A stretch of 9,221 nt of DNA from Candidatus Tremblayella phenacoccinincola (GCF_002682985.1 NZ_MKGN01000010.1:1-9221); one strand, 5' to 3'; positions 1 through 7,294 are shown, numbered from the stretch's first letter. Translations and numbers: made by a program. Notes: a model not told the origin generated them from the sequence alone.

Positions 1-2
1 TA

Positions 3-293
3 TCAGAATATATGTACTACTTAGAAACAATGGATTCTTTAGCTACCATAGAACCCATATATAAAGAGCTAGCATTAACAAAAGGTTGGACCATATCTAT
101 AATAGCTGTTCTAATACAAAAGATATCTATAAGCCTAAATATAACTGTATGTAATATAGCTATGCTATTAAGAATATGTATATTAGGAAAAGCTGAATCA
201 CCAGGCATATCTCAAGTCATAACCATATTTAATAAAGAACTCCTACTAAGTCGTATAAAAAAGGTAACTACAATGATTAAGTATATCTATTGA
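3..293 (+). CDS. Unassigned ORF open to the left window edge, probably the 3' end of a gene that starts upstream; product unknown
   Basis: This frame has no stop from base 3 to TGA 291-293 (97 codons), in sequence of about 30% GC (18 G+C in bases 1-60) where stops should be frequent. The first ATG is at 12. I recognise no motif. An 8-bp hairpin begins 4 nt after the stop. The competing antisense ORF (17-208) is shorter. Confidence 0.35.
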   Translation, partial: SEYMYYLETMDSLATIEPIYKELALTKGWTISIIAVLIQKISISLNITVCNIAMLLRICILGKAESPGISQVITIFNKELLLSRIKKVTTMIKYIY

Positions 294-318
294 GACAGCT
301 GTTAGTTTAGTCTATATA
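290..318 (+). promoter_or_regulatory. Sigma70-like promoter candidate for the ilv-leu-rpsO cluster (TTGAGA, 17-nt spacer, TATATA)
   Basis: ttgaga at 290-295, a 17-nt spacer, and tatata at 313-318. Matches like this arise easily by chance in AT-rich DNA, and this one overlaps the hairpin at 297-326. It would imply a leader of about 150 nt. Confidence 0.15.
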
Positions 319-326
319 TAACAGCT
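297..326 (+). terminator. Perfect 8-bp inverted repeat (AGCTGTTA / TAACAGCT) with a 14-nt loop, just downstream of the ORF ending at 293; possible terminator or RNA-stability hairpin
   Basis: Bases 297-304 (agctgtta) pair with 319-326 (taacagct). No U-tract follows, so this is not a canonical intrinsic terminator. Confidence 0.2.
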
Positions 327-475
327 AACATAAGATTAACTGGGTGTTGGCGCTACGCTATAGATGTATTCACAAGAACCATCCGATACCTCCAATACTT
401 CTAGCATGTTCAGATATCACACCCCCCTAGAACAGAGTTAATATTAGGTTGGATGCTTTCAACATACGGTTCTAT

Positions 476-2218
476 ATGGACAAGAAGAGTAAACAGCTTT
501 CTATCATCGGGGCTTCAGTATTAGTAGAAGTCCTATCAAAGACAAACATAAACCCAATCTGGGGATATCCAGGAGGATCGGTATTAAACGTATACGACGA
601 GCTATACAAACAACCTAAGCTAACCCATGTTTTAGTAAGGAATGAACAAACCGCTGTATATGCTGCTAGCATCTCTTTTAAGCTTAGTAAAAAGCCTGGC
701 ATATGTTTAGTTACTTCAGGACCTGGCATAACTAACGCTATCACTGGAATAGTAGCTTCACTCTCAGACTCACATCCACTTCTTATCCTGAGCGGTCAAG
801 TTCCGTTAAAAACAATAGGTAAACAAGCCTTCCAAGAATGTGATACTGTTAATATTACTAGAACCTGCACTAAACGTAACTTTCTTATACGTCGAATACA
901 GAATATACATAAGGTCTTAAAAGAAGCTATGTACGTTTCTAATAACAACAAAACCTCGCCTGTATTAGCTGACTTCCCCAAAAGCGTATCTAAAACACTC
1001 TTTGTTTGCTTAAACGAAATACCACCTCAAACCCATGACTGCTTCTATAAAAGAGAACCGCTATCTCAATGCAGTCAACAGCTCAAACAATGTCAGAATG
1101 CTAAAGCTAGTATTATCCCATTGAGTTCACATCTATCAGCTTCTAACAGGCCTCTATTATATATAGGCGGAGGCCTGAACAACTATTCAACCTTGCCTGA
1201 ACTAAAGAAAACCCTAAACAGCATTGGCGCTCCATCTACTAACACTTTAATGAACTTCGGAACACAACGAACCCGCTTTAACTTAGGAATGCTAGGAATG
1301 CATGGTAAATACTTCTCTAACCTGTCAATACACTATTGTGACTTACTGATTGCTGTTGGTTCCAGGTTTGATGACAGGGCCATAGGAAACATAAACCATT
1401 TTAACTCTATTCCGAGAAGCATCTCATATATAAACGTAGACCTTAGCATTAAACGCAGCTTTAAATTCAATGTAGTTATATTAGAACCCATCAAACACAC
1501 ATTCAGGAATCTTATAAGCTTACTAACTAGATGTTCCACCAAACGTATCTATTCACCTTGGCTTCATCTAATCAAAAGCTGGAAGCATCAATCTTCTGTC
1601 GTTAATAGAAGCTTAGTTAGTCTAAAGGATATGTTTTATGTTCTTGAAAAGACTACAAGAAGGCAAGCCATCATATGTTCTGACGTTGGTCAACATCAAA
1701 TGTGGGTAGCACAGCATTTCAACCTTCACCATGGTAAATGGCTAAACTCAGGTGGATTAGGGGCTATGGGGTCAGGATTGTCTTTTGCTCTAGGAGCTAA
1801 GGTAATTATCCCAAAAGCTGATGTAGTTTGTTTTATCGGTGATGGTTCAATCCAGATGAATCTCCAAGAGTTCTCAACCTTAAAGCAACTAAACGCACCA
1901 ATCACTGTTTTAATACTTAATAACAAAAGCTTAGGCATGGTTAAACAATGGCAACGTATAGAACACAATGGGCGTTTCTCTCAATCAACCATGAAGACTA
2001 GTGTTAACTTCACTAACATCTCCAGATCCTATGGACATTTCGGGTTAAGGTTGGGTTCTTTAAAAAGACTAGTCCCTACATTTATTGAGGCAGTTAACCA
2101 AAAAGGATGTTCAGTTGTTCTAGACATTAGTTTAAGTGAACATGAAAGCGTTTGGCCAATGGTTCAATCAGGAAAAGGAATCACTAATATGCTTCTACGA
2201 CATACTGATGTTAACTAA
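476..2218 (+). CDS. ilvB: Acetolactate synthase (acetohydroxyacid synthase) large catalytic subunit, ThDP/FAD family
   Basis: Collinear AHAS motifs: WGYPGGSVLNVYDEL, SGPGITNAITGI, RPLLYIGGG, LGMLGMHG, DLLIAVGSRFDDR, DVGQHQMW, SGGLGAMGSGL, GDGSIQMNLQE, NNKSLGMVKQWQ. The ORF track starts at TTG 449. I prefer the in-frame ATG at 476 because MDKKSKQLSIIGASVLVEVL then lines up with the normal N-terminus. Stop TAA 2216-2218. The ilvB versus ilvI paralog assignment is not resolvable here. Confidence 0.92.
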   Translation: MDKKSKQLSIIGASVLVEVLSKTNINPIWGYPGGSVLNVYDELYKQPKLTHVLVRNEQTAVYAASISFKLSKKPGICLVTSGPGITNAITGIVASLSDSHPLLILSGQVPLKTIGKQAFQECDTVNITRTCTKRNFLIRRIQNIHKVLKEAMYVSNNNKTSPVLADFPKSVSKTLFVCLNEIPPQTHDCFYKREPLSQCSQQLKQCQNAKASIIPLSSHLSASNRPLLYIGGGLNNYSTLPELKKTLNSIGAPSTNTLMNFGTQRTRFNLGMLGMHGKYFSNLSIHYCDLLIAVGSRFDDRAIGNINHFNSIPRSISYINVDLSIKRSFKFNVVILEPIKHTFRNLISLLTRCSTKRIYSPWLHLIKSWKHQSSVVNRSLVSLKDMFYVLEKTTRRQAIICSDVGQHQMWVAQHFNLHHGKWLNSGGLGAMGSGLSFALGAKVIIPKADVVCFIGDGSIQMNLQEFSTLKQLNAPITVLILNNKSLGMVKQWQRIEHNGRFSQSTMKTSVNFTNISRSYGHFGLRLGSLKRLVPTFIEAVNQKGCSVVLDISLSEHESVWPMVQSGKGITNMLLRHTDVN

Positions 2219-2236
2219 TATATTCCAAGGGAGAGC

Positions 2237-3223
2237 ATGAAGTTACTATATACATCAGACGGAAACCTAGATAACATTAAGTCTAAGTCAGTAACGATAG
2301 TTGGATACGGATCTCAAGGACATGCTCACGCTTTGAATCTAAGGGACAGTGGTATTGAAGTCACTATTGGGTTAAGACCTGGTCTCTCTTGGGCCAGTGC
2401 TATTAAAAGCGGGTTCGTTGTTAAAAGCATTCCAGAAGCAGTTAGAACCGCAGAGCTTGTTATGATGTTAATCCCAGACGAAGATATGCGGACGGTATAT
2501 GAAACAGAAATACATAATAACATAAAGAAGAACTCAACATTAGCTTTTGCTCATGGGTTTAATGTGCATTACAACCAAATCATTCCTAGATGTGACCTAA
2601 ATGTAATAATGGTTGCTCCAAAAGCTCCGGGTCATATGGTTAGAGAAACCTATCTAAAAGGCCATGGAGTTCCACATTTAATTGCAGTATGGAGAGACTG
2701 CTCAAACAAATCCAAGGAAGTAGCATTAGCTTATGCTATCGCAAATGGAGGAGGGTTCGCAGGTATTATTGAAACCTCATTTAAGGATGAGACCGAAACA
2801 GATCTATTTGGAGAACAGGTGGTGTTATGTGGAGGTCTAACAGAATTAATAAAAGCAGGGTTCGAAACACTTATTGAACATGGATACAAACCAGAACTCG
2901 CATATTTCGAATGTATACACGAAGTTAAGCTTATCGTAGATTTAATATACCAGGGAGGTATTTCTGGTTTAAATAGGTCTATCTCCAATAATGCAGAATA
3001 CGGTGAATATACAGTAGGACCCAGAGTTATTAACGAATCCACAAAGATCATAATGAAAGATGTTCTAAACGAAATACAGACTGGTAACTATGCTAAGAGC
3101 TTCATATTAGAGAAGTTAACCAACTCTCCAACACTAACAACAAAAAGGAATCTCCTGAATGCACACCTATTAGAAAAGGTTGGTCGGGTCTTAAGAGCTA
3201 AGATGTCTTGGGCAAAGGGGTAG
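2237..3223 (+). CDS. ilvC: Ketol-acid reductoisomerase, short class I form (328 aa)
   Basis: [21 protein letters not shown] Rossmann motif, [47 protein letters not shown] purine-rich SD-like AAGGGAGAG sits at 2227-2235, ahead of ATG 2237. The 328-aa length marks class I, not the roughly 490-aa enterobacterial class II form. Confidence 0.95.
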   Translation: MKLLYTSDGNLDNIKSKSVTIVGYGSQGHAHALNLRDSGIEVTIGLRPGLSWASAIKSGFVVKSIPEAVRTAELVMMLIPDEDMRTVYETEIHNNIKKNSTLAFAHGFNVHYNQIIPRCDLNVIMVAPKAPGHMVRETYLKGHGVPHLIAVWRDCSNKSKEVALAYAIANGGGFAGIIETSFKDETETDLFGEQVVLCGGLTELIKAGFETLIEHGYKPELAYFECIHEVKLIVDLIYQGGISGLNRSISNNAEYGEYTVGPRVINESTKIIMKDVLNEIQTGNYAKSFILEKLTNSPTLTTKRNLLNAHLLEKVGRVLRAKMSWAKG

Positions 3224-3234
3224 TTAGTCATTCC

Positions 3235-4746
3235 ATGGGGAAAAGCCTTATTATTCTAGATACAACCTTAAGAGATGGCGAACAAGCACCAGGAGTTTTA
3301 ATGAGCCCTAACGAAAAGATAGCCATTGCGAGAAAGCTAGAACTTATGAATGTTAATATTATAGAAGCAGGGTTTGCGGCTAGTTCTGCTGCAGACTTCA
3401 AGTCAATTAACAGCATCTCATCAGTTGTAAAGGACTGTACTATCTGTTCTTTAGCTAGGGCAAACAGGTCGGATATAGAGCTCGCATCAGAAGCCCTTAA
3501 GCCAGCTTCGAGATCAAGAATACACACCTTTATCGCAACATCCGAAATCCACATAAGAAACAAACTACGCACATCTCCCGAACAGGTCTATGAAACAGCT
3601 AAAGCGGCTGTTAGGTTCGCTCGTAAGTTCACCGATGATGTAGAGTTTTCTCCGGAAGACTGTTCCAGATCAAACATAGACTTCTTATCTTCACTGCTAG
3701 AATGTGTAATTACCGAAGGAGCTAACACTATTAACATAACAGATACAGTAGGGTTTGAAACACCTGGTTCTTTTGGTTCCCTAGTCAAAAGAATAAAAGA
3801 AAACATACCTAACTCAGACAAGGTAGTCTTTTCAGTGCACTGCCACAATGATCTAGGTCTAGCTGTTGCGAACACATTGTCTGGCATAAAACAAGGAGGT
3901 GCTAGACAAGTAGAATGTACTGTTAATGGCATCGGTGAGCGGTCAGGTAATGCGCCTCTAGAAGAAGTTGTTATGGCTTTAAACACCAAACACCACCTCT
4001 TTGACATATGTTCTCAAGTAGACACCAAGCAACTATTGTCTCTATCTGCTTTAGTTTCCAAGTGCTCAGGATTAACAATACACCCCACAAAACCTATAGT
4101 AGGTCAAAACGCTTTTGCACATGCTTCTGGGATTCACCAAGATGGTATTCTAAAATGTAGAGAAACCTACGAAATAATGAATGCAAAGGACATAGGTTGG
4201 AAAAAGAATAACATTGTTCTAGGAAAGCTTTCAGGCTCAAGTGCTTTCAAATATAAACTAAAAGAACTAAACGTCCGTCTTAATAAAGCTAGGGTTATAG
4301 ACTTATTCCACAGCTTCAAACATCTCGCTTCGATACATAATATTACCAACTCTGATATAAATGCTCTAACATTAACATCCACAGATCATAGCATAGCTAA
4401 CAAACCAATCAGTCTCGCTCAGTTCTACTTTTGTTACAGCTTTAATCATGGTTCCTACTCAAGAACAACATTCATCCTTCCTAACGGCAGTTCTCTATCA
4501 AACGAGTCATTCAATCAAAGCTCTTTAACTTCAATAGCAGCCTGCATAAACAGCTTTCATTCTCTTGAAGCACAACTCAAAACATACAGCTGCTTGCTAA
4601 AAGAACAAACCTACATTACCAATCTTGTTATAAAAAAGAACAGACTAGAACAAACGGAACACTCTATCAAAACTAAAGATATTATCCAAGCTTTCACAAC
4701 TGCTTACTCCTCAAGCTTAATTAACAGCATTAACAGGTATGGATAA
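3235..4746 (+). CDS. leuA: 2-isopropylmalate synthase with a conserved catalytic barrel and a strongly diverged C-terminal regulatory domain
   Basis: LDTTLRDGEQAPG, IEAGFAASS, RIHTFIATS, VEFSPED, SVHCHNDLGLAVANTLSG, ARQVECTVNGIGERSGNA, NAFAHASGIHQDGILK, YEIM. The ORF track starts at TTG 3208. ATG 3235 gives MGKSLIILDTTLRDGEQ, which matches the usual N-terminus (recalled E. coli MSQQVIIFDTTLRDGEQ). Stop TAA 4744-4746. Confidence 0.94.
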   Translation: MGKSLIILDTTLRDGEQAPGVLMSPNEKIAIARKLELMNVNIIEAGFAASSAADFKSINSISSVVKDCTICSLARANRSDIELASEALKPASRSRIHTFIATSEIHIRNKLRTSPEQVYETAKAAVRFARKFTDDVEFSPEDCSRSNIDFLSSLLECVITEGANTINITDTVGFETPGSFGSLVKRIKENIPNSDKVVFSVHCHNDLGLAVANTLSGIKQGGARQVECTVNGIGERSGNAPLEEVVMALNTKHHLFDICSQVDTKQLLSLSALVSKCSGLTIHPTKPIVGQNAFAHASGIHQDGILKCRETYEIMNAKDIGWKKNNIVLGKLSGSSAFKYKLKELNVRLNKARVIDLFHSFKHLASIHNITNSDINALTLTSTDHSIANKPISLAQFYFCYSFNHGSYSRTTFILPNGSSLSNESFNQSSLTSIAACINSFHSLEAQLKTYSCLLKEQTYITNLVIKKNRLEQTEHSIKTKDIIQAFTTAYSSSLINSINRYG

Positions 4747-4996
4747 ACAAGCTATCGTCTCATTATTTGGTAGGGCTAGCTTTGATACAGGTTCTCCAGA
4801 AGTACAGATTGCCATTCTAACAGCCAAGATAGAAGCATTATCAAAGCTTCATTTTAACATCCATAAAAAGGATAAACACAGCTACAGAGGCCTACTAAAC
4901 CTAATAAACAAACGTAAAAGGCTACTGTCCTATTTAAAAGCTATACACATGGTTCGCTACGTCCAGATAACCCAAAGACTTAAACTAAGAAGATAG
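4739..4996 (+). CDS. rpsO: 30S ribosomal protein S15
   Basis: FGRASFDTGSPEVQIAILTAKI...HKKDKHSYRGLLNLINKRKRLLSYLK...RYVQITQRLKLRR is collinear with recalled E. coli S15. The ATG at 4739 overlaps the leuA stop by 8 nt (ATGGATAA). Confidence 0.93.
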   Translation: MDKQAIVSLFGRASFDTGSPEVQIAILTAKIEALSKLHFNIHKKDKHSYRGLLNLINKRKRLLSYLKAIHMVRYVQITQRLKLRR

Positions 4997-4997
4997 G

Positions 4998-5035
4998 CTC
5001 TTCCTCCCCAGATCAACCAGCGTATGGAAGAAGAG
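4998..5035 (+). terminator. Imperfect hairpin 2 nt after the rpsO stop: 10-bp stem with one C/A mismatch and an 18-nt loop; possible terminator or processing/stability element
   Basis: CTCTTCCTCC at 4998-5007 against GGAAGAAGAG at 5026-5035 gives 9 of 10 pairs. No U-tract follows. The position is analogous to the hairpin that follows rpsO in E. coli. Confidence 0.3.
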
Positions 5036-5130
5036 GTCTGTATATACTGTTCACATATGTGTTCTTAGGTTCTCTAGCATTATGACTACCCTTAAAGAGC
5101 ATATCCATCTAATATACTAATAAACTACCT

Positions 5131-5922
5131 ATGCTATCATACTCTAAAGCTCAAAAAGAAGTTACTAAAATACGGTTAGCTAGCAGCTTAGCTGCAGATG
5201 TGTTAGAAATGGTTACTTCTTATATTAAGCCATCCATAACTACTGGAGAATTAGATGCTTTTTGTTTCATGTACATAACAACCATCCAAAAAGCAATTCC
5301 AGCGAGTTTAGGTTATTATGGGTTTCCTAAGTCTATATGTGTCTCAATAAACGAAGTGGTTTGCCATGGTATTCCAAAATACAACCATATAATTAAAGAA
5401 GGAGATATTGCTAATATAGACGTAGCTGTTCTCAAGGAAGGCTATTATGGTGATTCTTCGAAGATGTTCTATGTAGGCGAAGCTATCTATATATATAAAG
5501 AGCTATGTATAGTAACTCAAGAATGTCTTTATTTAGCTATTAGATCTATAAAGCCTGGTATTCGTTTAAGAACTATAGGTAAAACAATACAATCATATGT
5601 AGAGCATAAAGGCTACTCAGTCGTAAAGGACTTTTGTGGTCATGGAATAGGTAGAAAGCTCCATGAAGATCCACATATACCACACTACAATACCCCCGAT
5701 AATGGACTAATACTTAAAGAAGGTATGGTATTTACCATAGAACCGATGGTAAACGCAGGTGAAAGATATGTACTCGTTGAAGAAGATGGATGGTCTGTAA
5801 AAACTAAAGACCATAGCTTATCTGCTCAATATGAACATACAATACTAGTAACTAAAGATGGTTGTGAAATAATGTCATTAAGAACAGAAGAGCCTTTATC
5901 AATATATATCCATAGCATATAA
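5131..5922 (+). CDS. map: Methionine aminopeptidase, type I
   Basis: Collinear over the full length with recalled E. coli Map: LAADVLEM, TTGELD, GYYGFPKSICVSINEVVCHGIP, GDIANIDV, YYGDSSKMF, CGHGIG, FTIEPMVN, DGWSVKTKD, SAQYEHTILVT. All five metal-ligand positions (D, D, H, E, E) are recognisable. Confidence 0.95.
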   Translation: MLSYSKAQKEVTKIRLASSLAADVLEMVTSYIKPSITTGELDAFCFMYITTIQKAIPASLGYYGFPKSICVSINEVVCHGIPKYNHIIKEGDIANIDVAVLKEGYYGDSSKMFYVGEAIYIYKELCIVTQECLYLAIRSIKPGIRLRTIGKTIQSYVEHKGYSVVKDFCGHGIGRKLHEDPHIPHYNTPDNGLILKEGMVFTIEPMVNAGERYVLVEEDGWSVKTKDHSLSAQYEHTILVTKDGCEIMSLRTEEPLSIYIHSI

Positions 5923-5930
5923 CAATAACA

Positions 5931-6683
5931 TCATAAGCCTAATACGTTTAGCATATTAAACAAGCCTTTAGTTTTATTTAACAACCAACCTGAAGACTTA
6001 ATAGCACCTTTGGCAAATACCATACGATCATATACTTTGTGAGATATAGATAAACACTCATTAAGATCAGCAAAAGAGACTTTATGCTCACCTATAATAT
6101 TACCAATACGTATTGAAGAAAAGCTAATAGGTTTTATATATAGGTCATCAATATAGTTTCTAATCATTAACGCAGTGCCAGATGGAACATCTCTTTTCTT
6201 TTTATGGTGCACTTCGATAACTTGAATATCTATGTTTTCTCTTAAATAAAGGACAGCTATTCTTAATAGTTTTAACATTAAAGCTATGCCTATACTAAAG
6301 TTAGCAGAATAAGAAATAGCTATATAGTTTGAAAGCATATATATTATAGAAAGCTGATGTATATTAAACCCAGTAGTTCCAATTACTATATTTAACTTAT
6401 TTAGACAGCATATGTTTAAATAAACCATAGAGGCTTCCGGGTTAGTAAAGTCTATTAAAACAATATCCTTTATTCTAGAAGCTAATAGGTTATTAGAAAC
6501 AATAACAGCTAATGACTTTATATTAAAAAGCTTATATAGGTTTATATTAAAGTGCTTAAGATTATTGTTAGCTATAGACATTCTTATGGAAGCTAGCTTA
6601 TCTATATATGAAGATAATACCAACTGCCGTCCCATCCTACCATTTATGCCTGTAATAAACAAGCTAGTTAACTCTTTGCACAT
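5931..6683 (-). CDS. dapB: 4-hydroxy-tetrahydrodipicolinate reductase (dihydrodipicolinate reductase), diverged and shortened
   Basis: GINGRMGRQL, LIDFTNPE, IVIGTTGF, SANFSIGIALMLKLL, IQVIEVHHKKKRDVPSGTAL, GNIIGEHKVSFA, ISHKVYDRMVFAKGAIKS, GLFNMLNVLGL. About 19 aa are missing relative to recalled E. coli DapB, between the PSGTAL region and GNIIGEH (near nt 6132-6143). Start ATG at 6683-6681, stop TGA at 5933-5931. Confidence 0.88.
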   Translation of the reverse strand: MCKELTSLFITGINGRMGRQLVLSSYIDKLASIRMSIANNNLKHFNINLYKLFNIKSLAVIVSNNLLASRIKDIVLIDFTNPEASMVYLNICCLNKLNIVIGTTGFNIHQLSIIYMLSNYIAISYSANFSIGIALMLKLLRIAVLYLRENIDIQVIEVHHKKKRDVPSGTALMIRNYIDDLYIKPISFSSIRIGNIIGEHKVSFADLNECLSISHKVYDRMVFAKGAIKSSGWLLNKTKGLFNMLNVLGL

Positions 6684-7267
6684 AGGCTATTATAGGAATA
6701 TGTTTGGGGGGTTGTTTCTTCTATTTCAGTTTCAACAGCAATATAGTTAGACATAGAATCATCAGTTAACCAAATAGTAACTAATATAGCTGTCTCATTA
6801 GTTATTCTATATATGTTTAGATAGTAGTTAGCTATTAGTTTATTAAGGCTAGCTATATATGGTTTAGTTAGGTTTAGTAGCTTAATATGTATTGGTTTAA
6901 TACCTAACCTATGTGCTATGTTTATGAAGTATTTGTTGTTAGCTATATAATATCTTTTACCTGTAGATGAACCTATAGATAGAGACCTAGAAGGCTTCTC
7001 AATATGTGTATAATATGCTTTTAAGTCAGAAGAACCAATAGAAGCTAACCTAAAGGCCACACCTAAATAGGTTAGCATATTTAGTATAGTTATATGTGTA
7101 TTTAATACACACCCCTTAAAACCAGCTGTTAACTTAAAAGTAGCCTTGCTAACTAATATAACTAACTTAACCTTATGGTCTTTTAATACTAGCACCAATC
7201 CTATAGCTTTGTTATTTAATGGCTTTTCGGTTATATATAGACTAATGAATAAATAGCTTACTTTCAA
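6668..7267 (-). CDS. 199-aa protein, possibly a highly eroded peptidyl-tRNA hydrolase (Pth) family member; function uncertain
   Basis: The ORF is intact in DNA of roughly 25% GC. A perfect SD (AAGGAG) lies 4 nt upstream of a TTG start, which is the first possible start after an in-frame TAA. There are weak but collinear matches to recalled E. coli Pth along its whole length (listed in the finding for this ORF). The catalytic His/Asn/Asp positions are not recognisable. Confidence 0.45.
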   Translation of the reverse strand: MKVSYLFISLYITEKPLNNKAIGLVLVLKDHKVKLVILVSKATFKLTAGFKGCVLNTHITILNMLTYLGVAFRLASIGSSDLKAYYTHIEKPSRSLSIGSSTGKRYYIANNKYFINIAHRLGIKPIHIKLLNLTKPYIASLNKLIANYYLNIYRITNETAILVTIWLTDDSMSNYIAVETEIEETTPQTYSYNSLCAKS

Positions 7268-7271
7268 GGTT

Positions 7272-7277
7272 CTCCTT
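7272..7277 (-). promoter_or_regulatory. Shine-Dalgarno site (AAGGAG) for the 199-aa ORF
   Basis: The minus strand reads AATAAGGAGAACC followed by TTG. The hexamer is the reverse complement of 7272-7277, 4 nt from the TTG at 7267-7265. Confidence 0.55.
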
Positions 7278-7294
7278 ATTTAATATATATGTAG

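Noticed and set aside
17-208. Minus-strand 63-aa ORF at the left edge
   Set aside because: It is shorter than the overlapping plus-strand frame, which is open to the window edge. It has no recognisable motif or SD. I cannot fully exclude it.
342-425. tRNA-like element (about 84 nt bounded by GGGTGT...ACACCC, with a GTTCAGAT resembling a T-loop); a tmRNA 5' end was also considered on the minus strand (GGGGGGTGTGATATCTGAAC)
   Set aside because: I could not build D, anticodon or T stems on either strand. The T-loop-like motif has no flanking complementary stem and has G where the conserved A58 should be. No matching tmRNA 3' tRNA-like end (…CACCCCC-ACCA) is visible downstream. A covariance-model scan is still needed.
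364-441. 25-codon ORF in the ilvB leader as a possible attenuation leader peptide
   Set aside because: The peptide MYSQEPSDTSNTSSMFRYHTPLEQS has no run of Leu/Val/Ile codons, and I could not identify alternative terminator/antiterminator pairings.
472-1968. Antisense ORFs inside ilvB (472-744, 796-981, 1333-1542, 1726-1968, all on the minus strand)
   Set aside because: They lie entirely within a strongly supported AHAS gene on the opposite strand. They have no recognisable motifs and their composition is typical of shadow ORFs.
2326-4382. Antisense ORFs inside ilvC and leuA (2326-2523, 2731-3051, 3228-3572, 3588-4007, 4167-4382, all on the minus strand)
   Set aside because: These are shadow frames of well-conserved plus-strand genes. 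The longest (139 aa) lies in the most GC-rich part of leuA, where antisense stops are rarer.
6565-6750. Plus-strand 61-aa ORF antisense to the junction of dapB and the 199-aa ORF
   Set aside because: It overlaps two supported minus-strand genes, is short, and shows no motif or ribosome-binding site.
6861-6880. Tandem 10-mer GGTTTAGTTA GGTTTAGTAG
   Set aside because: There are only two imperfect copies (8/10 identical), inside a coding region, and the period is not a multiple of three. This is plausibly chance in low-complexity AT-rich sequence.
6565-6956. Recurring TTGTTAGCTATA / GTTAGCTAT motif (near 6565-6576, 6828-6836 and 6945-6956), encoding IAN(N/Y)
   Set aside because: Matches of 9-12 nt are expected by chance at this window size and base composition, and they simply reflect biased codon and amino-acid usage.
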